Positions 15,825-24,886 of a stretch of 48,280 bases of DNA are shown here, piece after piece. How positions within the stretch are numbered: the first letter of the stretch is position 1; the number at the start of each line of letters is the position of its first letter. Origin of the DNA: an uncultured Pseudomonadales bacterium (lineage in GTDB: Bacteria > Patescibacteriota > Microgenomatia > UBA1400 > PJMF01); assembly GCA_964586055.1 (NCBI GenBank), contig CAZPFX010000006.1:1-48280 (forward strand), read 5' to 3'. The notes beneath the pieces were generated by a model. The model saw only the letters and a program-made list of their open reading frames with translations. It was not told the DNA's origin and did no database searches. The translations under genes were made by a program, and so were the position numbers.

Positions 15825-18518
15825 ATGTTCAGAAAACTACAAAGACGACAAAAGTCTGTGGCTCGTTCTCGAAGAAGTACGGGGTTTGTTACTCAAAATA
15901 AGCGTAAATTATTAAAGTTTAAAATCATTCGTTTTCTAGCGATCGGTGGGGCCGTTGGTATTGTTGTAGCAATTCTTCTCTTTTTTGGCTTATTCGCTTG
16001 GTTTTCAAAAGACTTGCCTGCTCCAGGAGAAGTTGTCAGAAGGTCTGGATTCAGTACAAAAATCTTGGATCGCAATGGCGAACTTTTATTCGATCTCTAC
16101 GATCAAGAGAGGCGCACTCCTGCGGCCCTTTCTGAATTACCCGAGGATCTGAAAAATGCCACGATCTCCGTAGAAGATAAAGATTTTTATAAGCATGGCG
16201 GCTTTGACATGATGACGGTGCTGCGCATTCCCTATAATTTTATTGCTAGACAAAGACTGGTGGGTGGATCGACCCTGACCCAACAACTTGTGAAGAATGC
16301 TCTTCTTACTAATGAGCGAACGGTAACTCGCAAGTTCAAGGAGCTTGTCTTATCTCTTCAGCTCGAGAGAACTTTTACAAAAGATCAGATTCTAGAAATG
16401 TACTTGAATGAAGCACCATATGGAGGAACTGCCTGGGGAGTTGGAACTGCGGCAGAGGTGTATTTTGACAAACCAGTCAGTGAGTTGAACTTGGTCCAGT
16501 CAGCAATTCTCGCCGGTCTGCCGCAAAGACCATCTGCATATTCGCCATTTAGTGGCCAGGTTGATGATGACGGAGAGCCTCTTTGGAAAGTTCGCGCCAA
16601 AGGTGTACTTAGAAGAATGCGAGAGGACGACCATATTACAGAGCTCGCCTATGACCAAGCTCTTTCAGATCTGAATACAGTTGAGTTTTCGAAAAAGCAG
16701 CTCCTGATTAAAGCGCCTCACTTTGTCTTCTATGTTAGAAATCTTTTAGACGATTTGTATGGGGAAGAAGTTGTCACAAACTCGGGATTTAAAGTCACCA
16801 CAAGTTTAGATCTGAAACTGCAGCAACAAGCGGAAGAGATAGTCTTGGATGAAGTCTCGCAAGTTGAGGGACTGAATATCACCAATGGAGCCGCTCTGGT
16901 TATGGACCCAAGATCTGGGGAAATTTTGAGCATGGTTGGTAGTAAGAATTTTTCAAGTGAAGATATTGACGGCCAATTCAACGTCGTCGTCGATGGCTTG
17001 AGGCAGCCTGGATCTTCGATTAAGCCAGTGACATATCTAACCCTCTTACAGCGTGGCTATACTCCTGCCTCAGTTCTGAATGATACTCCAACTAAATTTG
17101 TTAGTAATGAAGGAGCTGATGCTTATGAGCCTGGGAACTATGATGGAAAATTTCACGGTCCCGTCTCTGTGCGTGATAGCTTAGGTAGCTCTCTTAATAT
17201 TCCTGCTGTTAAGGCATTGGCGTTGGTTGGAATTGATTCATTTTTGCAGCAGGCTTATGACATGGGTTTTGTTACTTTGCAGCCAACTCAGGAAAATAAA
17301 CGCAGATTTGGTTTAGCCGTGACCCTAGGAGGTGCTGAAGTTCACCTAATTGACACGGTTACAGCTTATAGCTCATTTGCTACGGGCGGTATTAAGACTG
17401 AGCCTGTTGCTATTCTTAAAATTGAAGATAAGAGTGGCAATACGATTTTTGAGCATAAGCCCGTAGAAGGAAGACGACTTTTTTCTGAAGCTGAGGCGTT
17501 TCTTATTAATCATATTTTGTCAGACAACGCGGCACGCTCCATTGCTTTCGGAACCAGATCTTTGCTGAATATTAGTCCAAACATTGCTGTAAAAACTGGA
17601 ACTACTAATGATCAGCGTGATAACTGGGCAATTGGTTGGTCAAGGGAAATAGTAGTTGGTGCTTGGGTTGGAAACAATGATAACAGTCAGATGAAGACTG
17701 TTGCTTCGGGTGTTTCGGGAGCGACGCCAATTTGGAGGCGCATCGTTCTTGCAGCACTTGATTCTGGCTACTCGGATCCAGAGTGGGAGATTCCCGAGTC
17801 AGTTGAAAAAGTCATGGTCGACAGTATTTCTGGTTATCCAGAACACGATGGTTATGCGAGCAAGAGTGAATATGTTTTGGCAAACACACTCCCCTCTCTT
17901 CCAGATTTGATTCACACAAAACTAAAACTCTGCAGAGGTGAAAACAAATTAGCTCCAGAGGCCAGAATGGCTTCAGGTGATTACGATGAGAAAGAGTTTA
18001 TTGTTCTAAGAGAAAATGACCCACTCTCATTAGACGGCATTAATCGTTGGCAGGAGGGTATCAATTCCTGGATTAATGCTCAGGAAGATGGGCGTTATAA
18101 AGTTCCAACTGAGTACTGCGGTGACCAGAGTGAGATTTATATCGATCTGAAAAGGCCCGAGAACGAGAAAAATTATTCTGATGAAAATATCGAAGTTGAG
18201 ATTCAGTCTGATTCTGGTGATGGCATTGAAAAAATTGAGTTAATCGTCAATGGTTCTGTCAGGGAAACCATAAATGACCGCAACTACAAGGGGAAAATTA
18301 AGCTAGGTGCGGGAAGATATGAAGTTTGGGCAAAAGCTTACTCCAGGTCAGGAAAAACTAAAGAATCCAGCAAGAAAAAAATCGGTACAGGGGGAGTTGA
18401 TTGGAAAACTCCCGATCCAACTCCGACGCCATCTCCAAGTCCTTCGCCCACGCCGACTCTAAGCCCAACGCCATCTCCGACTCCCACCCCAACTCCAACG
18501 CCAACTACAACTCCATAG
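15825..18518 (+). CDS. class A penicillin-binding protein (transglycosylase/transpeptidase) with C-terminal Ig-like domain and Pro/Thr/Ser tail
   Basis: GT51 motifs EDKDFYKHGG, GGSTLTQQ, RKFKE. Transpeptidase motifs SSIK, SLN, KTGT. Start set at MFRKLQRR. The ORF opens at 15753. Confidence 0.9.
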   Translation: MFRKLQRRQKSVARSRRSTGFVTQNKRKLLKFKIIRFLAIGGAVGIVVAILLFFGLFAWFSKDLPAPGEVVRRSGFSTKILDRNGELLFDLYDQERRTPAALSELPEDLKNATISVEDKDFYKHGGFDMMTVLRIPYNFIARQRLVGGSTLTQQLVKNALLTNERTVTRKFKELVLSLQLERTFTKDQILEMYLNEAPYGGTAWGVGTAAEVYFDKPVSELNLVQSAILAGLPQRPSAYSPFSGQVDDDGEPLWKVRAKGVLRRMREDDHITELAYDQALSDLNTVEFSKKQLLIKAPHFVFYVRNLLDDLYGEEVVTNSGFKVTTSLDLKLQQQAEEIVLDEVSQVEGLNITNGAALVMDPRSGEILSMVGSKNFSSEDIDGQFNVVVDGLRQPGSSIKPVTYLTLLQRGYTPASVLNDTPTKFVSNEGADAYEPGNYDGKFHGPVSVRDSLGSSLNIPAVKALALVGIDSFLQQAYDMGFVTLQPTQENKRRFGLAVTLGGAEVHLIDTVTAYSSFATGGIKTEPVAILKIEDKSGNTIFEHKPVEGRRLFSEAEAFLINHILSDNAARSIAFGTRSLLNISPNIAVKTGTTNDQRDNWAIGWSREIVVGAWVGNNDNSQMKTVASGVSGATPIWRRIVLAALDSGYSDPEWEIPESVEKVMVDSISGYPEHDGYASKSEYVLANTLPSLPDLIHTKLKLCRGENKLAPEARMASGDYDEKEFIVLRENDPLSLDGINRWQEGINSWINAQEDGRYKVPTEYCGDQSEIYIDLKRPENEKNYSDENIEVEIQSDSGDGIEKIELIVNGSVRETINDRNYKGKIKLGAGRYEVWAKAYSRSGKTKESSKKKIGTGGVDWKTPDPTPTPSPSPSPTPTLSPTPSPTPTPTPTPTTTP

Positions 18519-19758
18519 TCTTTTTTAGTTTTGTTTCCAAAATAATTGCTAGTCCTACGGCTATGAGAAGCCTTCCTTGCGGCAGTGTGTAGAGATAGTG
18601 ATCAAGGCTGAGTAGCGGCGTGAACAAGGCTGAAAAAAGAAGTAGTGAGTCAATATCTATAGCCTTCATTTTCCTTGGAAAAATTAGTAGAAGACCAATT
18701 AATCCAAGCAATCCAACTTCCGAAAATAGCAACCAACCAACATGATGAGCTGGTTGAGCGAATTGAAATAAAGCAGAGTCGTTGGTATTAGTGATTAAAG
18801 AAGGAATGAAACCATTAAAACCTACTCCAGTCACGGGATGATAGATAAACATATTAGCTGCTTCTTTATTCAGGGAAACTCTGCGTCCCACACTTGAATT
18901 ACTTGATATTAGCTGTGCCAAAATAAGTAGAGTCGGGGTAATAAGAAAGACAAACCAGAGGGATTTTATTATTCTTGTTTTGGTAATTTTTTGCCAAGAT
19001 TTTTTCTTGTAAAAGACTAGAGCCACAATTGTCGCACTTAACCATGCTGAAATTGAAAAGGTTAAAAAGATTGCAATTACTCCAAGAGTCAGAGCTAAAG
19101 CTAGAAAAAACTTGTTAACTTGTTTTTTTCGCAACCACACTAAAGTCATTAGGCCTACTAAGACACCAGCTAGAATATTTGGATGAGGCGTGGTCCCGCT
19201 CGGCAGAAGGTACTGGACTCCGAACAGAGTCTGGTTGGCAATGCCAGCATACTTAAGCAGATTGCTTTCACCAAAGAGCCAGTAGCCTCCTAAAGAGTGT
19301 TGAAAAATAAATTGGTAGATCGCCAGGGATGATTGAAAACATATGGTGGTAATTAAGCTGTAAGCCACCAAGTTGCTATGAGTAACAACCTTGGGCAATT
19401 GCAAAATTGTGGTTGTAACTACTGCTGCGATTAGAAGCTCAAGAAAAAACCAGAGACTACTAGTCGGGACTGGAGAAAATACTTGAATAACGGCTAAAAC
19501 TACAACAAAACCAATTGACTTCCAGTGAGTTCGAAAGCTCATCATTCTTGAGATTAGAGCAACACAAATCAGTAGTGTCGCAATTAGCTCGCTTGCGTAC
19601 AGTTTTGGAATTAGATAATCAACTCTAAGTCCACCAAAGTAGCCAAGCTGACGGTCTAAAACATAGAATAAGTTGCTGGGAATCAGGAAGATCAGCAGTC
19701 CTAATAGAGCTGAAGTAAGTTTAAAAAAAAGTTGGTTAGTTCGCGAGTTCTCCGACAA
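18505..19758 (-). CDS. O-antigen ligase/Wzy-like polytopic membrane protein
   Basis: At least 10 TM helices and a Wzy_C-like loop (QPAHHVGWLLFSEVGLLG). Start is uncertain: the ORF opens at ATG 19908, 173 nt inside pheT. TTG 19758 (AAGGA upstream) or GTG 19776 are more economical. Confidence 0.65.
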   Translation of the reverse strand: MSENSRTNQLFFKLTSALLGLLIFLIPSNLFYVLDRQLGYFGGLRVDYLIPKLYASELIATLLICVALISRMMSFRTHWKSIGFVVVLAVIQVFSPVPTSSLWFFLELLIAAVVTTTILQLPKVVTHSNLVAYSLITTICFQSSLAIYQFIFQHSLGGYWLFGESNLLKYAGIANQTLFGVQYLLPSGTTPHPNILAGVLVGLMTLVWLRKKQVNKFFLALALTLGVIAIFLTFSISAWLSATIVALVFYKKKSWQKITKTRIIKSLWFVFLITPTLLILAQLISSNSSVGRRVSLNKEAANMFIYHPVTGVGFNGFIPSLITNTNDSALFQFAQPAHHVGWLLFSEVGLLGLIGLLLIFPRKMKAIDIDSLLLFSALFTPLLSLDHYLYTLPQGRLLIAVGLAIILETKLKKTMEL

Positions 19759-21712
19759 GATGTCCTTGCCAGTCACTCTCAACGAGAGCAACAAGTTGTT
19801 TTCGAATAGGGGCGACCATCTCTGAAGAGATTGGTTGGTCTGGATGGCGATAAATAATAGTGAATGTGAAATTTCTATTGTAAATAGTCTTGAGGTTGAC
19901 TTCTTCAATCAGAGAGTCGGCGTTTGTTAAAGCTTTTATCAATTCTCCAACTTTAGTCTTTTCTTTTAGAGTGAAAGTCAGGTCTTCGATCAGAGCCGCT
20001 GTTTTTGGTAGGGCTTTATAGGTTGGATGAGATGAGCTCAACTGTACTAATTTTGCCATTTTTAATTGAATAGTCACGCGCCCGTTTTTTACTGCAATTT
20101 GGCCAATTGAGTCAGGAGTGCCATTGACCATAATATTTCCGACTTGGTCATCAGATTCTAATGGAGATATCAATGTATTATAAATATGAAGCTTGGTGAA
20201 AAGTAACTCTAGATCACCTCTGACTGTTCGATAATCTCTGTTTGAAACCATTGCCAAAGTCAGTTCCTCATTCGGCAGATCTTTTTCTTGAGGTATATAT
20301 ATATTTGCAAGTTCAAAAACAGAAATTGAGCTTCTTTCAGTATTTCCATCGATGACGCTCTCTAGAGAGGGAACCAAAGATCTTCGTAAGTAGACTTTGT
20401 CATCAGTGAGAGGATTAGAAACTTTCAGATGATTTTCTAAGTTAAAACCACTTGTCTTTGCTTCAGTTTCACTGACCATTGAGTAGGTATAAACTTCTTG
20501 CCAGCCGATCGCGCTTAGAAACTCTTTAGCTCGGTGTTCTAGACCAAAGTTGGTAGCTTTTGGTCGATTAAGCGGAATCGCCGTAGGCATTAGAACACTT
20601 GGAATGTTGTGATAGCCGTAAATTCTAGCAACTTCTTCAATGATGTCTGCTGGAATGGCGATATCTGGCCTAAAGCTTGGTGGAGTGATCGCTAAAACGT
20701 CACCCGCGATACTTGTATTGCACTCTAGTTTCTCGAGCATTTTTGCCGCATCTTCAAGAGATAATTTAAATCCCAGATACTCAGAGAGTTTTATGGTGGT
20801 AAGGCTTATCTCTGTCGGAGGAATTTTATTTGGGAAGTGATCATAGACTTCGCTAGATACTTCGGCTTGGCAAAGTTCTTGGTAGAGCTTTACTCCCATC
20901 TTCATCACATCACTGGCAAGATTTGGATCAACATTCTTTTCCATGAGCTGCGCCGCTGTGGTTCTAATCGAATGAGTCATGCTGGCGAAGCGTACTTTTT
21001 TGGCATCAATGGACTCCATTAATAAGAGAACGTTTTTAGTACTTTCGTCAATCGAAGTATTCTTCGTTCCTTTTATAGATGGTAAGTCAATGATCGTGCC
21101 TTCGCCGTTTTTAAAAACTACTTCTCCGCCCACTGCCGTGAACGATTCACCGTCTAAGGTTTCGAATGTCTCTCCCGCGCCTGCCTCAACAATGCGGATT
21201 TCATTCCCGGTAGCGACTAGTTTGTCATAGTCAAAAGCATGGCAAGGATAGCCAAGTTCGTGAGTAATATAATTGGTAATATCAATAACTGCATCATGGA
21301 CATTCATCTCGATTTGTTCTAAGCGATCTGCCATCCATTTTGGAGTTTCCGTTCTATTTACGGAGCTCAAAACGACACAGATCGTTCGATTGTTAAGTTC
21401 ATCATTTTCAAGAATTCTTGGTAGAGGTAAGGGATTGTTTGCCTTTGAGACATTGGGTAAGTTCAATGGCTTTAGTTTTGCTACGACTCCGAATTGAGGC
21501 AAAATGGCCGCCGCTTCTCTAGCGATACCTCTAATAGACATCGAGTCAACTCGATTGGTTGTGACCTCAATATCATAGACGGGTTCACCGTTATGATCGT
21601 TGATTCGCTCTACCGAAGGACCGGAAAGTGATAAATAATCTTGGATTTGCTTAGGTGTCGCCTCTGTATCGAGATGCTCTAGGAGCCAGGAGTGTGGGAT
21701 GAGAATGTTCAT
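19736..21712 (-). CDS. pheT: phenylalanine--tRNA ligase beta subunit (short form, no OB tRNA-binding domain)
   Basis: B1 start MNILIPHSWLLEHL. TTNRVDSMSIRGIAREAAA (TPNRxDxxSxxGiARE). B3_4, B5 and FDX-ACB regions are recognisable. Start set 1 nt after the pheS stop. Confidence 0.93.
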   Translation of the reverse strand: MNILIPHSWLLEHLDTEATPKQIQDYLSLSGPSVERINDHNGEPVYDIEVTTNRVDSMSIRGIAREAAAILPQFGVVAKLKPLNLPNVSKANNPLPLPRILENDELNNRTICVVLSSVNRTETPKWMADRLEQIEMNVHDAVIDITNYITHELGYPCHAFDYDKLVATGNEIRIVEAGAGETFETLDGESFTAVGGEVVFKNGEGTIIDLPSIKGTKNTSIDESTKNVLLLMESIDAKKVRFASMTHSIRTTAAQLMEKNVDPNLASDVMKMGVKLYQELCQAEVSSEVYDHFPNKIPPTEISLTTIKLSEYLGFKLSLEDAAKMLEKLECNTSIAGDVLAITPPSFRPDIAIPADIIEEVARIYGYHNIPSVLMPTAIPLNRPKATNFGLEHRAKEFLSAIGWQEVYTYSMVSETEAKTSGFNLENHLKVSNPLTDDKVYLRRSLVPSLESVIDGNTERSSISVFELANIYIPQEKDLPNEELTLAMVSNRDYRTVRGDLELLFTKLHIYNTLISPLESDDQVGNIMVNGTPDSIGQIAVKNGRVTIQLKMAKLVQLSSSHPTYKALPKTAALIEDLTFTLKEKTKVGELIKALTNADSLIEEVNLKTIYNRNFTFTIIYRHPDQPISSEMVAPIRKQLVALVESDWQGHLVGELAN

Positions 21713-21713
21713 A

Positions 21714-22766
21714 TTAAAATTGCTCCAAAAATTTAAAGTCGCCGCTGTAAAGCAGTCTGATATCGTCAATTTCTAAGCCTTTTTTCAGGGTGTAAGTTCT
21801 CTCTATTCCCCAGCCAAAAGCAAAGCCTGTGTAGACATCTGGATCAATACCACCTGCCTTTAGAACATTTGGATGGACCATGCCGCAGCCGCCGACCTCA
21901 TGCCAGCCCGATTTGCAGAAACGGCATTTTTCTGTTTTACCATCCTGGGCAATCTCTCCGGTGCCTGAGCAAATATGACAGCTAAAATCTACTTCGAAAG
22001 AAGGCTCTGTAAATTGAAAATGGAATGGTCTGATGCGACTTTTAGTTCCAGGACCATAGAACTGTTCAGCGAAGTAATCAAGAGTGCCCTTGAGATGTTG
22101 GATGTTAATGCCTTTATCGACAACTAGGCCTTCAAATTGGTGGAACATTTGAGTGTGTGTAACATCCTGTTGCCTTCTGTAGCAGCGAGCAATGTTGATC
22201 ATTCTGATTGGAGGCTCCCCCAACCTTTCCATTTCTCGGACCTGACCATTCGAGGTGTGTGGAGTGAGAACAACCTGGCCCTTTTCATCACTTCTCGGTA
22301 AATCGACAAAGAAAGTTTCCCATTCATCGCGCGCTGGATGGGAAGGTGACATGTTTAAACTTTCGAATGCATACCAGTCCCAGTCAACTTCAGGATATCT
22401 GACTCTGGTAAAACCAATGTGCTCGAAAATACCTGTAATTTCTGCCATGGCTTGTGAAATTGGATGTACATGGCCAACTTCTGGTTTTTCGCCAGGTATG
22501 GTCAGATCAACCCAACGCTTATCTTTGACCTCTCTGCCCGTACTTGAAGCCAATACAGTTTCAATAGCTGTTTTAAGCTGATTTAAGGCCTTGCCAGCTG
22601 TTTTTCGATCGGTTGGCTCAACCTCAGTGATTTGTTTTGAAATAATTGTGAATAAGCCATTGTTGGACAAAAACATTTTTTCTAGATCAGAGCGAGTGGC
22701 GCTTGCCTGCTGCTGAAGCTTCGCCTCGATATCGGCAAGTTGTTCTAGGAATGTTGTAATAGTCAT
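21714..22766 (-). CDS. pheS: phenylalanine--tRNA ligase alpha subunit
   Basis: Class II core motifs (RPFHFQFTEPSFEVD, GFAFGWGIER). 350 aa. Confidence 0.95.
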   Translation of the reverse strand: MTITTFLEQLADIEAKLQQQASATRSDLEKMFLSNNGLFTIISKQITEVEPTDRKTAGKALNQLKTAIETVLASSTGREVKDKRWVDLTIPGEKPEVGHVHPISQAMAEITGIFEHIGFTRVRYPEVDWDWYAFESLNMSPSHPARDEWETFFVDLPRSDEKGQVVLTPHTSNGQVREMERLGEPPIRMINIARCYRRQQDVTHTQMFHQFEGLVVDKGINIQHLKGTLDYFAEQFYGPGTKSRIRPFHFQFTEPSFEVDFSCHICSGTGEIAQDGKTEKCRFCKSGWHEVGGCGMVHPNVLKAGGIDPDVYTGFAFGWGIERTYTLKKGLEIDDIRLLYSGDFKFLEQF

Positions 22767-22774
22767 GCTTGTTT

Positions 22775-22783
22775 ATTCTACCA
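22775..22783 (-). promoter_or_regulatory. extended -10 box TGGTAGAAT for pheS
   Basis: On the minus strand, TGGTAGAAT followed by 8 nt (AAACAAGC) and the pheS ATG. No Shine-Dalgarno. Confidence 0.5.
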
Positions 22784-22785
22784 GT

Positions 22786-22807
22786 AAAAAACCCCGCGGT
22801 TGCGGGG
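22786..22807 (-). terminator. intrinsic terminator downstream of rplT
   Basis: Minus strand CCCCGC-AACC-GCGGGG perfect 6-bp GC stem followed by TTTTTT, 27 nt after the rplT stop. Confidence 0.7.
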
Positions 22808-22834
22808 TTTCTATTTTCTGTTAATTAGTTGTTT

Positions 22835-23188
22835 TTACCCGCGAGCTTGTTTTATGACTTCTCCAAAAGCACTAAAGTCTTTGACAGCTAAGTCAGCGAG
22901 CATTTTGCGATTGATTGAAATATTAGCTTTTTTCAAGGCCGCGATGAACCATGAGTACTTTAATGAATTATCAAATTCTCTCAAAGCCGCATTGATTCTC
23001 AAAATCCAGAGTTTGCGCATGTCGCGTTTTCGAAGTCTTCGACCAACATAGGCGTATTGACCAGCATGAAGCAAGGCTTCATGAGCGCGTTTATAAAGTC
23101 GACTATTGGCACCGCGAAAACCTTTGGTGGCTTTGAGAACCTTATTGTGTCGACGTCTTCTGGTAATTCCTGTTTTTGCTCTTGGCAT
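22835..23188 (-). CDS. rplT: 50S ribosomal protein L20
   Basis: MPRAKTGITRRRRHNKVLKATKGFRGA signature. Confidence 0.97.
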   Translation of the reverse strand: MPRAKTGITRRRRHNKVLKATKGFRGANSRLYKRAHEALLHAGQYAYVGRRLRKRDMRKLWILRINAALREFDNSLKYSWFIAALKKANISINRKMLADLAVKDFSAFGEVIKQARG

Positions 23189-23202
23189 ATATATTTCCGA
23201 TC

Positions 23203-23406
23203 CTAGGCTAGTCCAAGCATTCGCTTGATTTTTCTGGCAAATTTACCAGTTACTTGTTGTGGTGTTCTGTATTTTCTCAAAGTTCTCTTGCTTTTGTTTC
23301 TACGTAGATGTCTCATATTCTGAGATCTGCGCATGACTTTTCCAGTCTTAGTTATTTTGAAGCGTTTTGAAACTCCAGATCGTGTTTTTTGTTTATTTTT
23401 TGTCAT
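23203..23406 (-). CDS. rpmI: 50S ribosomal protein L35
   Basis: 67 aa, basic. KQKTRSGVSKRFKITKTGKVMR pattern. Sits between infC and rplT. Confidence 0.95.
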   Translation of the reverse strand: MTKNKQKTRSGVSKRFKITKTGKVMRRSQNMRHLRRNKSKRTLRKYRTPQQVTGKFARKIKRMLGLA

Positions 23407-23989
23407 TTGGTTTTACTTTTTTTACTGGTAGTAGTTGTGCTATCAGTTTTTTCCCCAACATTTTTGGTTCTAGTTCTACAGTTGAGTATTCAGATGTTCT
23501 CTCAATCACTCGTGCAAAAACTTGTTGACCAAATTCTTGCTTAGTGATTTGTCGACCTTTGTACTGCAGACTGAGTCTAACCTTATCTCCTCTTTTTAGG
23601 AAGGTAGATACTTTCTTTAGTCTGGCTTCAAAGTCTCCATCACTCATAAAAGGGGTGAACCGCACCTCTTTTAATTCTTGTGTTTTAGCTCGTTTTCTTC
23701 CAGCCGCTGCCTTTTGTTGCTGCTGAAACTTGAATTTACTCAGTTCAATTAGCTTAACAATCGGTGGCGTTGCTAGTTCGTTTACGAGCACCACATCTTT
23801 GTCTTCTTCGCGAGCTCTTTGAATAGCTTCGCTCAGAGAAATAGTGCCTATCATCGCACCATCTTCAGCAATTGCTCGGACGTCTGTAGCACGAATTTTT
23901 TCGTTCGCAACTAAGCGGATTCTTGGCTCTCGCCTTTTAACTCTACCTTTTCTTATCACTGTTTGTGAGTATCCCTTCGTCCTGTGCAA
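23393..23989 (-). CDS. infC: translation initiation factor IF-3
   Basis: NEKIRATDVRAI...PPIVKLIELSKFKFQQQQK and the C-domain are recognisable. No in-frame ATG near the 5' end. The start is TTG 23989, or GTG/ATA about 30 nt downstream. Confidence 0.9.
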   Translation of the reverse strand: MHRTKGYSQTVIRKGRVKRREPRIRLVANEKIRATDVRAIAEDGAMIGTISLSEAIQRAREEDKDVVLVNELATPPIVKLIELSKFKFQQQQKAAAGRKRAKTQELKEVRFTPFMSDGDFEARLKKVSTFLKRGDKVRLSLQYKGRQITKQEFGQQVFARVIERTSEYSTVELEPKMLGKKLIAQLLPVKKVKPNDKK

Positions 23990-24059
23990 CTACTATTCTG
24001 CCAGATGTGCACACAATGTTGGTATTGTACACGAGTCTTTTCGGAAAACAATAATGGGG

Positions 24060-24068
24060 TGGTATAAT
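24060..24068 (+). promoter_or_regulatory. extended -10 box TGGTATAAT for tRNA-Val(GAC)
   Basis: Perfect TGnTATAAT, 14 nt upstream of the tRNA 5' end. Confidence 0.55.
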
Positions 24069-24082
24069 CACCTTTCATACGT

Positions 24083-24159
24083 GAACTCGTAGCTCAGTTG
24101 GTTAGAGCGCCACATTGACATTGTGGAGGCCAGAGGTTCGAGTCCTCTCGAGTTCACCA
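24083..24159 (+). tRNA. tRNA-Val (anticodon GAC), CCA encoded
   Basis: Acceptor GAACTCG/CGAGTTC. Anticodon stem CCACA/TGTGG with loop TTGACAT. T-arm CAGAGG-TTCGAGT-CCTCTC. Ends ACCA followed by a T7 run. Confidence 0.9.
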
Positions 24160-24171
24160 TTTTTTTGCAGG

Positions 24172-24849
24172 TTATCCCGCACTGATCGAACTAGATTTCT
24201 CGTGATTCATCATTTCTTGAACTTGGCTGGTCTTTTCATAGCCACTGCCTTCAATTCGGCCACCCTGCTTCTTTTTCTTCTTTTTGCTCTTTTGTGCTGA
24301 GGCGTTAGCCCAGGTTCTAGCACTTCGAATTTTCTGTCTTAAAAGCATGATGAAGGCTCGAAGTTGGGCAAAAAAGTTCTTAAAGTAAGCGCCTCTTTCT
24401 CCAACGTCTACGACCTCGGTCATGAGGGTGATCTCCACATCTTTTTGAAAGGCGCCAATATCTTTAGCAAGAAGTCTGAGTTCTTTTCGAATTTCATCGA
24501 TGTCTTTTGCGACTTGTTCTGCTCTGGCGTCAAAAATGTCTTTGGCGTCGACTGGATTAACCTGATCATGGAGTTTTCGTCTGAGCGCTTCTCTCTTTTC
24601 TTTTTGAGCAGCTAGCTCTTGTTGCTCTTTGAGCATTTCGGGACTTGGTTGGGAGTTTGCTGTTCTGCGATCGCCTGGAAAGGCTCCGCCTGTTCTGGCT
24701 AGGGCTTCACTGAGAGTTTCTCCTGGAGTTTGCTGGGGTTTAGAGCCGTAAGCAGTTTTTTCAGTTTCTGCGAGCGCGCGAGCAAACGGATTAGCTTGGG
24801 CGCTTCCGTGAGAACCGGGCAATGGTTGTTTTTGTGTTCCTGTTTGCAT
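24172..24849 (-). CDS. hypothetical protein (disordered N-terminus, coiled coil, amphipathic helix, poly-Lys tract)
   Basis: 225-aa ORF with no motif I recognise. A perfect consensus promoter lies upstream (24887-24915). Confidence 0.6.
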   Translation of the reverse strand: MQTGTQKQPLPGSHGSAQANPFARALAETEKTAYGSKPQQTPGETLSEALARTGGAFPGDRRTANSQPSPEMLKEQQELAAQKEKREALRRKLHDQVNPVDAKDIFDARAEQVAKDIDEIRKELRLLAKDIGAFQKDVEITLMTEVVDVGERGAYFKNFFAQLRAFIMLLRQKIRSARTWANASAQKSKKKKKKQGGRIEGSGYEKTSQVQEMMNHEKSSSISAG

Positions 24850-24886
24850 TTTAGGTCGTATCTAAGATACGCACTTTAGTTTGCAG

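Noticed and set aside
18411-18515. Repetitive CCAAC/CCGAC/TCC DNA that could be a tandem repeat or CRISPR-like array
   Set aside because: The repeats are imperfect 6-nt units in frame with PBP1A, encoding a Pro/Thr/Ser tail. There is no repeat-spacer architecture. No CRISPR array was seen anywhere in the window.
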